Position numbers and translations under genes: made by a program. This document shows positions 1-9,098 of a DNA stretch of 32,000 bases, piece after piece (position 1 is the first letter of the stretch; the number at the start of each line of letters is the position of its first letter). The notes beneath the pieces were generated by a model. It was not told where the DNA came from. It was given only the letters and a program-made list of their open reading frames with translations, and did not search any database. Origin of the DNA: Dickeya dadantii NCPPB 898. Its GTDB lineage: Bacteria; Pseudomonadota; Gammaproteobacteria; Enterobacterales; Enterobacteriaceae. The stretch covers positions 2,042,161 to 2,074,160 of the forward strand of contig NZ_CM001976.1 of the NCBI RefSeq assembly GCF_000406145.1, given 5' to 3'.

Positions 1-903
1 CAGCGTCAGCCCGGTATAAAAAATTAGTCCGGCGATCACCGCCAGCCGCATCAGCAGGCGCTTGCCTAACCGGCTGGTGAGGTAGCCGGCCAGCAGCATC
101 ACCGGGATTTCCAACCCGGCGGCGGTGCCCATCATGACCCCGGCGAGTTTTTCTGGTAACCGCAATTCATTAACCAGATACAACGGCATATTGATCAGAT
201 AGATGCCGTTGCAGGTCCACATCAGCGTGCAGGCGGTAAACAGCAATAGCGTGTCGCGCCGGTTCTGCCGGGGCGACTCCAGCGTCGCGGCGGATTTAAC
301 CCGGGTTTTGGGCATTGACGGCAACAGCAGCCACACCAGCAGTCCGCACAGTACGAATACCACCGCCGCCGTCAGGTACATCGCCGGGAAACCGAAGCCC
401 AGAGCCAGCGCGAAGGCGACCGGCGGCCCGATCACCCAGGACAGCGAAATCTGCGCCCGCATTACCGAACTGAACATGGCGGCGCCGCGGCCGGTGCGGT
501 CGGCGTGTTCCCGCGCCAGCGCAAACAGTTGCGGGTTGGCGGTGGAGCCGAAACTCGACAGCAGTACGCCGATAAACAGCAGTACGAAATAGTTACGGTT
601 CCAGGCATACAGCAGGCAGGCCAGCGCGCCCAACAGGCAGCACTGCAATATCAGCGTTTTGCGGTCGCCCTGACGATCGGAATAGGTCGCCAGAATCTGG
701 CTGACGACGATGCCGATCACCGCGCTGCCGGTATAAAACAGCCCGACCATGAACGGGCGTACCTGTACTTCCATTGATAAAAACAGACTGAGCGTGGGGA
801 GCTGCAGCGCACCGGCAATCCCGGTCAGAAAAGCAATCACCAGAAACGCCGAAGACGTCAGATCGGGCAGGCGTCGGGCCGTGCGGGCAGAAGAAATTGT
901 CAT
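1..903 (-). CDS. setB: Sugar efflux MFS transporter, SetA/SetB family (N-terminal ~301 codons; the 3' end lies beyond the window start)
   Basis: Reverse-strand reading frame is open to position 1, with ATG at 903..901. It is absent from the ORF track because it runs off the edge. My translation starts MTISSARTARRLPDLTSSAFLVIAFLTGIAGALQLPTLSLFLS and continues ...GSTANPQLFALAREHADRTGRGAAMFSS...LPEKLAGVMMGTAAGLEIPVML. I recognise this as SetB-like. It is divergent from fruB, as in E. coli K-12. Confidence 0.85.
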   Translation of the reverse strand, partial: MTISSARTARRLPDLTSSAFLVIAFLTGIAGALQLPTLSLFLSMEVQVRPFMVGLFYTGSAVIGIVVSQILATYSDRQGDRKTLILQCCLLGALACLLYAWNRNYFVLLFIGVLLSSFGSTANPQLFALAREHADRTGRGAAMFSSVMRAQISLSWVIGPPVAFALALGFGFPAMYLTAAVVFVLCGLLVWLLLPSMPKTRVKSAATLESPRQNRRDTLLLFTACTLMWTCNGIYLINMPLYLVNELRLPEKLAGVMMGTAAGLEIPVMLLAGYLTSRLGKRLLMRLAVIAGLIFYTGLTL

Positions 904-1134
904 GCTGAATTCAGGTTAAAAAAGAAGCAGGGAGAAAACTGAACGCGCTATCTTACGCTGATGGAGTAGAAACGAAAGTCCGTTTCAGTTTTTTTTCTTC
1001 AGCACCTATTCAGCATGTGTATGTCAAAGTGTTACGGATTCTGGTGTTTCGTGGTGAAAATGTGCGTGACCTCTAAGATCTGTCATTTTATCTATGCAGA
1101 ATGCTTGCATACATATAGTGAAAAACGCAGAATT

Positions 1135-1150
1135 TTTGAAACGTTTCAGC
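1135..1150. promoter_or_regulatory. Cra (FruR) operator, distal, in the fruB promoter region
   Basis: Perfect palindromic core 'tgaaacgtttca' at 1137..1148, followed by 'gc'. It matches the Cra consensus core TGAAWC-GWTTCA. It lies about 90 nt upstream of the fruB ATG. An extra half-site 'gctgaaac' sits at 1159..1166. Confidence 0.65.
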
Positions 1151-1202
1151 GAGGTTTTGCTGAAACTACCCTGAGAGAGTCAGCAAATTTTTTCTCATAA
1201 AA

Positions 1203-1218
1203 GCTGAAACGATTCAAG
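1203..1218. promoter_or_regulatory. Cra (FruR) operator, proximal, in the fruB leader
   Basis: 'gctgaaacgattcaag' matches the GCTGAAWCGWTTCA-type Cra site about 20 nt upstream of the fruB ATG. E. coli fruB is known to carry two Cra operators in the same arrangement. Confidence 0.65.
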
Positions 1219-1238
1219 TTCAGCAAGAGAGGAGCGTT

Positions 1239-2378
1239 ATGTTTCAGTTGTCACAGCACGACATTCATTTAGGTGCTTCCGCCGGCAGTAAAGAAGAGGC
1301 CATTCGTCAGGTGGCCGCCGCACTGACCGAGGCTGGTTGCGTGAGCGAGGGCTATGTCGAGGGGATGCTTCAGCGTGAGCTGCAGACCTCTACCTATCTC
1401 GGCAGCGGTATTGCCATTCCGCATGGCACCACCGATACGCGCGATCTGGTGCAGAAAACCGGTGTTCAGGTGTTCCAGTTCCCGCAGGGGATCGCATGGG
1501 GCGAAGACCAGACCGCGTATGTGGTGCTGGGGATTGCCGCCCGTTCCGACGAACATCTGGCGCTGCTGCGTCAACTGACCCACGTGCTGAGCGATGATCG
1601 CGTCGCGGCTCGTCTGGCCAGCACCACGTCAGCTGACGAACTGCGCGGGTTACTGATGGGCGAACAACTGGCGGGCGCGTTCCGTTTTGATACCTCGCTG
1701 ATTAGCCTGAATGTGGCGACCGACAACCTGATGACGCTGCAGGCGCTGAACGCCGGCCGTCTGCAACAGATTGGCGCGGTCGACGCCAGCTTTGTCAGCC
1801 ATGTGGTCGGCAACAAGCCGGCGTATCTGGGGCAGGGTATCTGGCTGAGCGATAGCCTGACCGGCAATCTGGTGAGCGCGCTGGCGGTGAGCCGCCCGGC
1901 GGAACCTTTCGCGGTGGATGGCGAAAGCGTAGGGCTGTTGCTGACGGTTTCGGCGGCGGATGAGCAGGTGTTCGCGCCGATGGATTACCTCAGCACACTG
2001 CTGATCGCCGGCAAGGCAGATAGTTTGCTGTCCGCTGACGAAACCACGCTACTGGCGCTGCTGACCAGCGAAGAAGAGGAAGAAGAAGAGGGCAACGTGC
2101 TGACGGCGGAGTTTACCATTCGCAACGAGCACGGTCTGCATGCCCGTCCGGGGGCGATGCTGGTTAACGTCATCAAACAGTTCTCCAGCGAGATCACCGT
2201 GGCGAACCTCGATGGCACCGGCAAACCGGCCAACGGCCGTAGCCTGATGAAAGTGGTGGCGCTGGGCGTCAAGAGCGGCCACCGTCTGCGCTTCACCGCC
2301 AAAGGCGGCGATGCTGAAGCGGCGCTGAAAGCCATCGGCGAAGCTATTCAGTCCGGCCTTGGGGAGGGCGCAGCATGA
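1239..2378 (+). CDS. fruB: PTS fructose-specific multiphosphoryl transfer protein FruB (IIA-M-FPr/HPr-like)
   Basis: 379 aa. The N-terminus [29 protein letters not shown]...GIAIPHGT carries the IIA His motif. The C-terminus has [16 protein letters not shown], the HPr-like His motif. SD 'agagaggag' lies upstream. There is an ATGA overlap with fruK. Confidence 0.95.
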   Translation: MFQLSQHDIHLGASAGSKEEAIRQVAAALTEAGCVSEGYVEGMLQRELQTSTYLGSGIAIPHGTTDTRDLVQKTGVQVFQFPQGIAWGEDQTAYVVLGIAARSDEHLALLRQLTHVLSDDRVAARLASTTSADELRGLLMGEQLAGAFRFDTSLISLNVATDNLMTLQALNAGRLQQIGAVDASFVSHVVGNKPAYLGQGIWLSDSLTGNLVSALAVSRPAEPFAVDGESVGLLLTVSAADEQVFAPMDYLSTLLIAGKADSLLSADETTLLALLTSEEEEEEEGNVLTAEFTIRNEHGLHARPGAMLVNVIKQFSSEITVANLDGTGKPANGRSLMKVVALGVKSGHRLRFTAKGGDAEAALKAIGEAIQSGLGEGAA

Positions 2379-3313
2379 GCAGACGCGTTGCCACCATCAC
2401 CCTGAATCCCGCCTATGATTTAGTAGGGTACTGCCCGGAAATTGAACACGGCGAAGTCAACCTGGTTCAGACCACGGGCCTGCATGCGGCGGGCAAAGGC
2501 ATCAACGTCGCCAAGGTGCTGAAAGACCTCGGTATCGATGTCACCGTGGGCGGTTTTCTGGGCAAAGACAATCAGGACGGTTTTCAGCAGCTGTTCAGCG
2601 AGTTGGGCATCGCCAACCGTTTTCAGGTGGTGTCGGGGCGTACTCGCATTAACGTCAAACTCACCGAGCAGAGTGGTGATGTGACCGACCTGAATTTCTC
2701 CGGTTTTGAGGTAACCCAGCAGGACTGGCAGCGTTTCGTCAACGATTCGCTGAGCTGGCTGGGGCAGTTTGACATGGTCGCCGTTAGCGGCAGTCTGCCG
2801 AGCGGCGTTGACCCGGACGCGTTTACCGATTGGATGTCGCGCCTGCGCAGCCAGTGTCCGTGCATTATTTTTGACAGTAGCCGCGAAGCGTTGGTGGCTG
2901 GCCTGAAAGCCTCGCCGTGGTTGGTGAAACCCAACCGCCGGGAGCTGGAAATCTGGGCCGGACGCAAGTTGCCTACGCTGGCGGATGTGGTCGATGCGGC
3001 GCATGCGCTGCGTGAACAGGGTATTGCCCATGTCGTGATTTCGCTGGGAGCGGAAGGCGCGCTGTGGGTCAATGCGTCTGGTGCCTGGCTGGCAAAACCG
3101 CCGGCTTGTGAAGTGATCAGTACGGTAGGTGCGGGTGACTCCATGGTGGGGGGATTGATTTATGGCTTATTGATGCGTGAGTCCAGTGAACACACGTTGC
3201 GCCTGGCCACCGCGGTGGCAGCATTGGCCGTCAGCCAGAGCAACGTAGGCATTAGCGATCGTCCGCAGCTGGCTGCGATGATGGCGCGTGTCGATCTCAA
3301 ACCATTTAACTGA
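2375..3313 (+). CDS. fruK: 1-phosphofructokinase
   Basis: 312 aa, starting [18 protein letters not shown]. The C-terminal [11 protein letters not shown] is the PfkB-family signature. Its position between fruB and fruA supports the call. Confidence 0.95.
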   Translation: MSRRVATITLNPAYDLVGYCPEIEHGEVNLVQTTGLHAAGKGINVAKVLKDLGIDVTVGGFLGKDNQDGFQQLFSELGIANRFQVVSGRTRINVKLTEQSGDVTDLNFSGFEVTQQDWQRFVNDSLSWLGQFDMVAVSGSLPSGVDPDAFTDWMSRLRSQCPCIIFDSSREALVAGLKASPWLVKPNRRELEIWAGRKLPTLADVVDAAHALREQGIAHVVISLGAEGALWVNASGAWLAKPPACEVISTVGAGDSMVGGLIYGLLMRESSEHTLRLATAVAALAVSQSNVGISDRPQLAAMMARVDLKPFN

Positions 3314-3329
3314 CAGCAGGAGATAAACA

Positions 3330-5015
3330 ATGAAAACGCTGCTGATACTTGATAAATCACTGGGACTGGCGAAAAGCCGTCTGGTGAAAAATTTGCTCGG
3401 TGCTGCTGCCGCTAACGCAGGACTTACCCTCACTGAGCAGTTTGCCGACGCGGAGCTGGCCATCGTGCTGGGTGCGCCCGTACAGGCAGACAGTGGTCTG
3501 AATGGCAAAAAAGTGTTTGCCGGGGATAGTGAGCTGGCGTTGAGTCAACCGGCGGCGTTTCTGGAAAAAGCCAAAGCGGAAGCGCAGCCGTATCAGGCGC
3601 CTGCCGCCGCAGCGGCGGCTCCGGCTACCGCCAAACGCATCGTGGCGGTGACCGCCTGTCCGACTGGGGTGGCGCACACCTTCATGGCGGCGGAAGCGAT
3701 TGAAAGCGAAGCGAAAAAACGCGGCTGGTGGGTGAAAGTGGAAACCCGCGGTTCCGTGGGCGCCGGCAACCCGATCAGCCCGGAAGAAGTCGAGCAGGCG
3801 GATCTGGTGATCGTGGCGGCGGACATTGAAGTTGACCTCAGCAAATTCGCCGGCAAAAAGATGTACCGCACCTCCACCGGTCTGGCGCTGAAGAAGACGG
3901 CGCAGGAGTTTGACAAGGCGCTGTCCGAGGCGACGGTGTTCCAGCCGTCCGCCCAGAGCAGCGCGGCGGCCGGCGGCGAGTCCGCCAGGAAAGGCGGCGC
4001 AGGCCCATACCGTCACCTGCTGACCGGCGTGTCCTACATGCTGCCGATGGTGGTGGCTGGCGGCCTGTGTATCGCCCTGTCGTTCGTGTTCGGGATTACC
4101 GCGTTCAAAGAAGAGGGGACGCTGGCTGCCGCGCTGATGAAGATTGGCGGTGGGTCTGCCTTTGCCCTGATGGTGCCGGTACTGGCCGGTTATATCGCGT
4201 TCTCGATTGCCGACCGTCCGGGTCTGACGCCGGGTCTGGTCGGCGGTATGCTGGCGGTTAGCACCGGCGCCGGCTTCCTCGGTGGTATCATCGCCGGTTT
4301 CCTGGCTGGTTATCTGGCTCGCGCCATCAGCAACCATGTGACGCTGCCGCAGAGCATGTCGGCGCTGAAACCGATCCTGATTATTCCGCTGGTCGCCACG
4401 CTGATCACCGGTTTGATCATGATCTACGTGGTGGGTACGCCGGTCGCGAAAATCCTGACCGGTCTGACCGGCTGGCTGCAGTCCATGGGCACCGCCAATG
4501 CGGTCATTCTGGGCGCGATTCTCGGCGGTATGATGTGTACCGACATGGGCGGCCCGGTGAACAAAGTGGCTTACGTGTTCGGCACCACGCTGTTGAGTAG
4601 CCAGGTGTATGCGCCGATGGCCGCCGTCATGGCTGCCGGTATGGTGCCGCCGTTGGCGATGGGTCTGGCGACCTTTATTGCCGGCAAGAAATTCACCGCC
4701 AACGAACGCGAAGGCGGCAAAGCGGCGGTGGTGCTGGGTCTGTGCTTCATCTCCGAAGGAGCCATTCCTTACGCTGCCCGCGACCCGATGCGTGTGCTGC
4801 CGTGCTGTATCCTGGGTGGCGCGCTGACCGGTGCTATCTCCATGGCGATTGGCGCGAAGCTGATGGCGCCGCACGGCGGTCTGTTCGTGCTGCTGATTCC
4901 GGGTGCGATTACACCGGTACTGGGCTACCTGTTCTCCATCATCGCCGGTACGGTGGTGGCTGGCGTGCTGTACGCCGTGCTGAAACGTCCGGAAGAGCAA
5001 CTGGTCAAAGCCTGA
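3330..5015 (+). CDS. fruA: PTS fructose-specific EIIB'BC component
   Basis: 561 aa. VTACPTGVAHTFMAAEA is the IIB phospho-Cys motif, followed by a polytopic IIC domain. SD 'aggag' sits 7 nt upstream of the ATG. Confidence 0.95.
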   Translation: MKTLLILDKSLGLAKSRLVKNLLGAAAANAGLTLTEQFADAELAIVLGAPVQADSGLNGKKVFAGDSELALSQPAAFLEKAKAEAQPYQAPAAAAAAPATAKRIVAVTACPTGVAHTFMAAEAIESEAKKRGWWVKVETRGSVGAGNPISPEEVEQADLVIVAADIEVDLSKFAGKKMYRTSTGLALKKTAQEFDKALSEATVFQPSAQSSAAAGGESARKGGAGPYRHLLTGVSYMLPMVVAGGLCIALSFVFGITAFKEEGTLAAALMKIGGGSAFALMVPVLAGYIAFSIADRPGLTPGLVGGMLAVSTGAGFLGGIIAGFLAGYLARAISNHVTLPQSMSALKPILIIPLVATLITGLIMIYVVGTPVAKILTGLTGWLQSMGTANAVILGAILGGMMCTDMGGPVNKVAYVFGTTLLSSQVYAPMAAVMAAGMVPPLAMGLATFIAGKKFTANEREGGKAAVVLGLCFISEGAIPYAARDPMRVLPCCILGGALTGAISMAIGAKLMAPHGGLFVLLIPGAITPVLGYLFSIIAGTVVAGVLYAVLKRPEEQLVKA

Positions 5016-5038
5016 TTGCCGCTATAACCTGATGACAA

Positions 5039-5068
5039 ACGCCAGTCTTGCGACTGGCGTTTTTTTTT
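5039..5068 (+). terminator. Rho-independent terminator of fruBKA
   Basis: 9-bp stem 'acgccagtc'/'gactggcgt' with a 4-nt loop, followed by a 9-T run (5060..5068). Confidence 0.85.
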
Positions 5069-5141
5069 ACGTTTTTTCCGCCGGGTCGGGTAATAGCGGT
5101 ATGATTTTGCCTCGCTTTGGGGGAAGAGAAAGGAGAACCGT

Positions 5142-5852
5142 ATGCCGCGTCACCATGCCAGTCGTGGAATTTTGGTGCTGGAATCGCCCTGGGAGCTGGA
5201 TGAGCACGATGCCAACCGCTCATCCGTGGTGCCGTTTATTGAAGGTATCGCCAAAGTCGCCGGTGATACCGAGGTGTATTACGCGAATTTCTACGATAAG
5301 AAGAGTTTTCGTACCGCACTGCATTGCCTGTGCAAGATCCCGTTCAAAAACATCATTATTTATGTCGCCGCGCACGGTCAGGGAAAGGAGCTTGGCGGCA
5401 CGCATATCCGGGATGTGCTCATACCGGTAGGTGAATTGTCCCATCGTTTCAATATTACCGGGCTGCTACTCGGCGCTTGTTTCGTGGGCGCGCATACCGA
5501 TCTAATGGAAACGTTCACCAGCGGCAATCATTTGCGCTGGTGTGCCGGATACGCCTCAGAAACCGAATGGCTGACTGGTACGCTGATTGACTGCGCCATC
5601 ATCAATCAGATGCTGTCGCTAAAAAAGAATGCCTTTGCAGATCGCGATACTATCGTCGAGAACCTGGCGCTGGCGATTTCTCCCTTCCACGATAAATACG
5701 CGATTGGGCGTGATGCGCACGGCAAACCGATGCAATTGCGCGATGCCTTTCAGTGTGTGGTTCAGCCCAGCGGGCAAGGGCATAAGCCGCGCACGGTGTC
5801 GGACAAACTCTTCCAACTGGCGGGGCAATTGAGGCGGCAGGAAGTCGAATAA
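5142..5852 (+). CDS. Hypothetical protein, possible caspase/CHAT-like (clan CD) fold
   Basis: 236-aa ORF with a good SD ('aaaggagaa', 4 nt before the ATG). Motif order is ILVLESPW ... EVYYANF ... IIIYVAAHGQG ... GLLLGACFVG ... WCAGYASETEW. That resembles the beta-strand/His-Gly ... Ala-Cys arrangement of caspase/CHAT peptidases. GC looks lower than fruA by eye. The function is motif-level inference only. Confidence 0.6.
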   Translation: MPRHHASRGILVLESPWELDEHDANRSSVVPFIEGIAKVAGDTEVYYANFYDKKSFRTALHCLCKIPFKNIIIYVAAHGQGKELGGTHIRDVLIPVGELSHRFNITGLLLGACFVGAHTDLMETFTSGNHLRWCAGYASETEWLTGTLIDCAIINQMLSLKKNAFADRDTIVENLALAISPFHDKYAIGRDAHGKPMQLRDAFQCVVQPSGQGHKPRTVSDKLFQLAGQLRRQEVE

Positions 5853-5855
5853 GCG

Positions 5856-5877
5856 GGCGGCCTAAACGCTGGCCGCC
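5856..5877. terminator. GC hairpin between convergent genes (possible bidirectional terminator)
   Basis: 7-bp all-G/C stem 'ggcggcc' (5856..5862) / 'ggccgcc' (5871..5877) with an 8-nt loop. No clear U-tract follows. Confidence 0.4.
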
Positions 5878-5903
5878 ACGTGAATATTTAGGCGAGTGAG
5901 TGC

Positions 5904-6761
5904 TCAGACGACGCTGACGGGCGACTGCTGTGACTTCAGCCAGGCGATTTCCTGCGCCCAGATATCCGGGTTGATGGTTTCCAGAATCAGCGGAATACCG
6001 TCAAAGCGCGGGTCGCGCATAATATAGCTGAACACGGTTTTGCCGATGTTGCCTTCTCCCAGGCTGTGGTGGCGGTCTACCCGGCTGTTGAATTCGCTTT
6101 TGGCGTCATTCAGGTGCATACCGCGCAAATAGCGGAAACCGACTATGCGCTCCAGCTCGGCAAAGGTGTGCTCGCAATCGGCTTCGGTACGCAGATCATA
6201 GCCGCCGGCAAAGGCGTGGCAAGTGTCGATACAGACGCCGACCCGACTTTTGTCTTCCACCTGATCGATGATTTCCGCCAGATGTTCAAAGCGGAACCCC
6301 AGGTTGCTGCCCTGACCGGCGGTGTTCTCAATCACGGCGGTCACGCCGGCGGTGGCGTCCAGCGCCAGATTGATAGACTGGGCGATGCGGCTCAGACAGG
6401 TGCTTTCGTCGATCTGGCGCAGGTGACTGCCGGGATGGAAATTCAGCAACGTGAGCCCCAGTTGCTGACAGCGCGACATTTCGTCGATAAACGCCGCCTG
6501 GGATTTCTGCAAGGCGTCGTCGTCCGGGTGCCCCAGATTGATCAGGTAGCTGTCGTGCGGCAGAATCTGGGCCGGGGCGAACTGATACTGCGCACAGGCG
6601 GCCTGGAAGCGATCGATGACGTCCGCCGCCAACGGCGGGGCCTGCCACTGGCGCTGATTTTTGGTAAACAGCGCGAACGCGGTGGCGCCGATGTCATGGG
6701 CGCGGGCCACCGCCTGATCCACGCCGCCCGAGGCGCTGACGTGGGCTCCGACATATTTCAT
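5904..6761 (-). CDS. nfo: Endonuclease IV (AP endonuclease)
   Basis: The ORF 5904..6827 contains [13 protein letters not shown]...LFTKNQRQW...LNFHPGSH...[13 protein letters not shown]...[15 protein letters not shown]...HLNDAK...[12 protein letters not shown], which is collinear with E. coli Nfo (285 aa). I place the start at the internal ATG 6761, preceded by 'ggagaaaagc'. This trims 22 codons from the track ORF. Confidence 0.9.
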   Translation of the reverse strand: MKYVGAHVSASGGVDQAVARAHDIGATAFALFTKNQRQWQAPPLAADVIDRFQAACAQYQFAPAQILPHDSYLINLGHPDDDALQKSQAAFIDEMSRCQQLGLTLLNFHPGSHLRQIDESTCLSRIAQSINLALDATAGVTAVIENTAGQGSNLGFRFEHLAEIIDQVEDKSRVGVCIDTCHAFAGGYDLRTEADCEHTFAELERIVGFRYLRGMHLNDAKSEFNSRVDRHHSLGEGNIGKTVFSYIMRDPRFDGIPLILETINPDIWAQEIAWLKSQQSPVSVV

Positions 6762-6869
6762 GCTTTTCTCCTTTTTATACCCGCGCATTATGACATTACC
6801 GCTTAGCCGGCTGTAGCCTTGTTTCACTCATGTTATTTCACCCATGTCATCTCATCTATGTAGCTTCGT

Positions 6870-7952
6870 TCAGGCGAAGAGATGCTGTACCCCCAGATTG
6901 ATGGCCGCGCCGCCCGCCACCAGCCAGAGAAACAGGACCGCCGCCAGCAGCAGCGGCTTGATACCGGCCTGTCGCAGCGTGCTCAGGCGCGTAGCCAGCC
7001 CCAGCGCCACCATCGCCATGGTCAACAGTGCATTATCCAGTTGCGTCAGCATGGCGACCCAGCCCGCCGGCAGCCAGTTGAGCGAGTTGACCCCGCACAT
7101 CAACACAAAACCCAGCGCGAACCACGGATAACCGGCGGTGGCGGGCGCGGCGGCCTGATGCGCGGGCTGACGCTGCTTCAGCCACAGACCGAGGAGAAAC
7201 AGGAACGGCGCCAGCATCATGACACGCAGCATCTTGCCGATGACCGCCGTATTCTCGGTCACCGGGCCGATGGCGTGGCCGGCGGCTACCACCTGTGCGA
7301 CTTCATGCACCGTTGAGCCGAGGTAGAGTCCGAAAGTCTGCGGGGTAAATAACCAGCCGCTATACTGGATAAAATGTTGGTACAGCCACGGGTAAAAAAA
7401 CATGGCGGTGGTGCCGAACAGCACCACGGTCGATACCGCCACCGCCACCTTGTCGGCCGAGCTTTTCAGCACCGGCGCGGTGGCCAGCACGGCGGCGGCG
7501 CCGCAAATGCTGCTGCCCGCGCCGATCAGCAATACGGTGTGCCGATCCAGCCGGAACCAGCGCTGTCCCAGCCAGCAGGCGAGCAGCAGGGTGGACGTGA
7601 GCGTCAGCAGGTCGATCACCAGACCAGCGGCGCCGATGGCGGTGATTTGCTGAAAGCTGAGTTTGAAACCGTACAGGATGATGCCCCAGCGCAGCAGATG
7701 ATGCCGGGACCACTGAACGCCGGCGTCGCACCGGGGTTGCAGATGTGTGTAGACGGTATTGCCCAGCACCATGCCAACCAGTATCGCCAGCGTCAGGGAA
7801 CCCAGTCCTAATCCGGCTATCGTCGGTTGGCCGGATAACCATAATACGCCTCGGGTCAGCAGACCGGTCAGGATGATGCCGGTCAGCAGGTGGCCGGCGG
7901 CGGACAAAGGGGAAAAACGTTGTACCCTGGAAGAAAATGAAAACATAGTCAT
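6870..7952 (-). CDS. yeiH: UPF0324/YeiH-family inner membrane protein (putative sulfate-exporter family)
   Basis: 360 aa and polytopic. LTLAILVGMVLGNTVY...LLRWGIILYGFKLSF...LIGAGSSICGAAAVLAT...GSTVHEVAQVVAAGHA...KMLRVMMLAPF matches E. coli YeiH. It is divergent from yeiE, as in E. coli. Confidence 0.88.
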   Translation of the reverse strand: MTMFSFSSRVQRFSPLSAAGHLLTGIILTGLLTRGVLWLSGQPTIAGLGLGSLTLAILVGMVLGNTVYTHLQPRCDAGVQWSRHHLLRWGIILYGFKLSFQQITAIGAAGLVIDLLTLTSTLLLACWLGQRWFRLDRHTVLLIGAGSSICGAAAVLATAPVLKSSADKVAVAVSTVVLFGTTAMFFYPWLYQHFIQYSGWLFTPQTFGLYLGSTVHEVAQVVAAGHAIGPVTENTAVIGKMLRVMMLAPFLFLLGLWLKQRQPAHQAAAPATAGYPWFALGFVLMCGVNSLNWLPAGWVAMLTQLDNALLTMAMVALGLATRLSTLRQAGIKPLLLAAVLFLWLVAGGAAINLGVQHLFA

Positions 7953-8056
7953 ACCCGCTCTGAATGGAGGTTGAGGGCACAGCCTATGATCAGCGCACTT
8001 AAAATAGAAATTGATTATATATTTATAACCTATAGATATTTACGATAAGAGCCCCT

Positions 8057-8935
8057 ATGCATATTACGTTACGTCAACTGGAAGTGTTTACCGAAGTCCT
8101 GAAAAGTGGTTCAACGACCCAGGCATCGGTGGTATTGTCGCTGTCACAGTCGGCCGTCAGCGCGGCGTTGGCTGATCTTGAAAGTCAGTTGGGGGTGCAG
8201 CTGTTTGACCGCGTCGGTAAACGGCTGGTGGTCAATGAACACGGCCGTCTGCTGTATCCCAAAGCGCTGGCGCTGCTGGAGCAGTCGGCGGAAATCGAGC
8301 AACTGTTCCGGCGCGATAACGGCGCGCTGCGTATTTATGCCAGCAGTACCATCGGCAACTATCTGATGCCGGCGATGATCGCCCGCTACCGGCAGGATTT
8401 TCCGGCCATTCCGCTGGAGCTGTACGTGGGCAATACGCTGGATGTGGTGAATGCCGTTTCCGAGTTCCGGGTCGATCTGGGGCTGATTGAAGGGCCGTGC
8501 CACCATCCCGATTTAATCACCCAGCCCTGGCGGGAAGATGAACTGGTGGTGTTTTGCGCGCCGGGAAATCCGCTGATCGATCATGAGTTTACGTTGCAGA
8601 TGCTGGCGGACGCGCCCTGGATCCTGCGTGAACACGGTTCGGGGACACGCGAAGTGCTGGACCATTTGCTGTTGGCACGCCTGCCGCATTTCCGGCTGGT
8701 GATGGAATTGGGCAACTCGGAGGCGATCAAGCACGCGGTGCGGCACGGCATCGGCATCAGCTGTCTGTCGCGTCATGTGATCGCCGACCAGCTTGCCACC
8801 GGCGCGCTGGTGGAACTGCCGGTTCCTTTGCCGCCGCTGAGCCGCACGTTGTATCTGGTGCATCACCGTCAGAAACATTTATCCGGCGTGCTGCAATGCT
8901 TTCTCGGGTATTGTCAGGACGATGACGGTATATAA
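8057..8935 (+). CDS. yeiE: LysR-family transcriptional regulator YeiE
   Basis: 292 aa. [68 protein letters not shown] is near-collinear with E. coli YeiE. Synteny is conserved. Confidence 0.9.
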   Translation: MHITLRQLEVFTEVLKSGSTTQASVVLSLSQSAVSAALADLESQLGVQLFDRVGKRLVVNEHGRLLYPKALALLEQSAEIEQLFRRDNGALRIYASSTIGNYLMPAMIARYRQDFPAIPLELYVGNTLDVVNAVSEFRVDLGLIEGPCHHPDLITQPWREDELVVFCAPGNPLIDHEFTLQMLADAPWILREHGSGTREVLDHLLLARLPHFRLVMELGNSEAIKHAVRHGIGISCLSRHVIADQLATGALVELPVPLPPLSRTLYLVHHRQKHLSGVLQCFLGYCQDDDGI

Positions 8936-9098
8936 ACAGACTGGCAACATCGGCGTAACCAACCGGGCGTCAATCCAGAGGGATTTCTTATGATGCCGGC
9001 TGAGTTATGAAGCTCTCTTATAATCCGCGCTATGCGCTATTCAGCGGGTAGCGGATTGCCTACAATCCGCCCTCAAATTTTCAAGGGCATGAATTGTA

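Noticed and set aside
1015-1200. 61-aa ORF in the setB-fruB intergenic region
   Set aside because: It overlaps the fruB promoter and the Cra operators. It is Cys/Phe-rich, has no SD and shows no family resemblance. This region is expected to be regulatory.
3357-5000. 547-aa reverse-strand ORF, rich in Arg/His/Gln/Gly, spanning almost all of fruA
   Set aside because: It is an antisense shadow ORF, typical of GC-rich coding DNA. Its composition is low-complexity and not protein-like. It has no RBS, and the forward frame is an unambiguous FruA.
5904-6827. N-terminal extensions of track ORFs (nfo +22 codons, ABC permease +36, ATPase +4, MCP1 +27, MCP2 +18, KASIII-like +23)
   Set aside because: The extensions lack homology to the known family N-termini, and several begin at GTG or TTG. 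Better-placed internal starts with SD sequences or translational coupling exist, so the shorter models were used.
7953-8056. LysR-type T-N11-A box (ATA-N11-TAT at about 8004..8020) in the yeiH-yeiE divergent region
   Set aside because: The region is so AT-rich that such a pattern is expected by chance. A site there is plausible for YeiE autoregulation, but the sequence alone does not support it.
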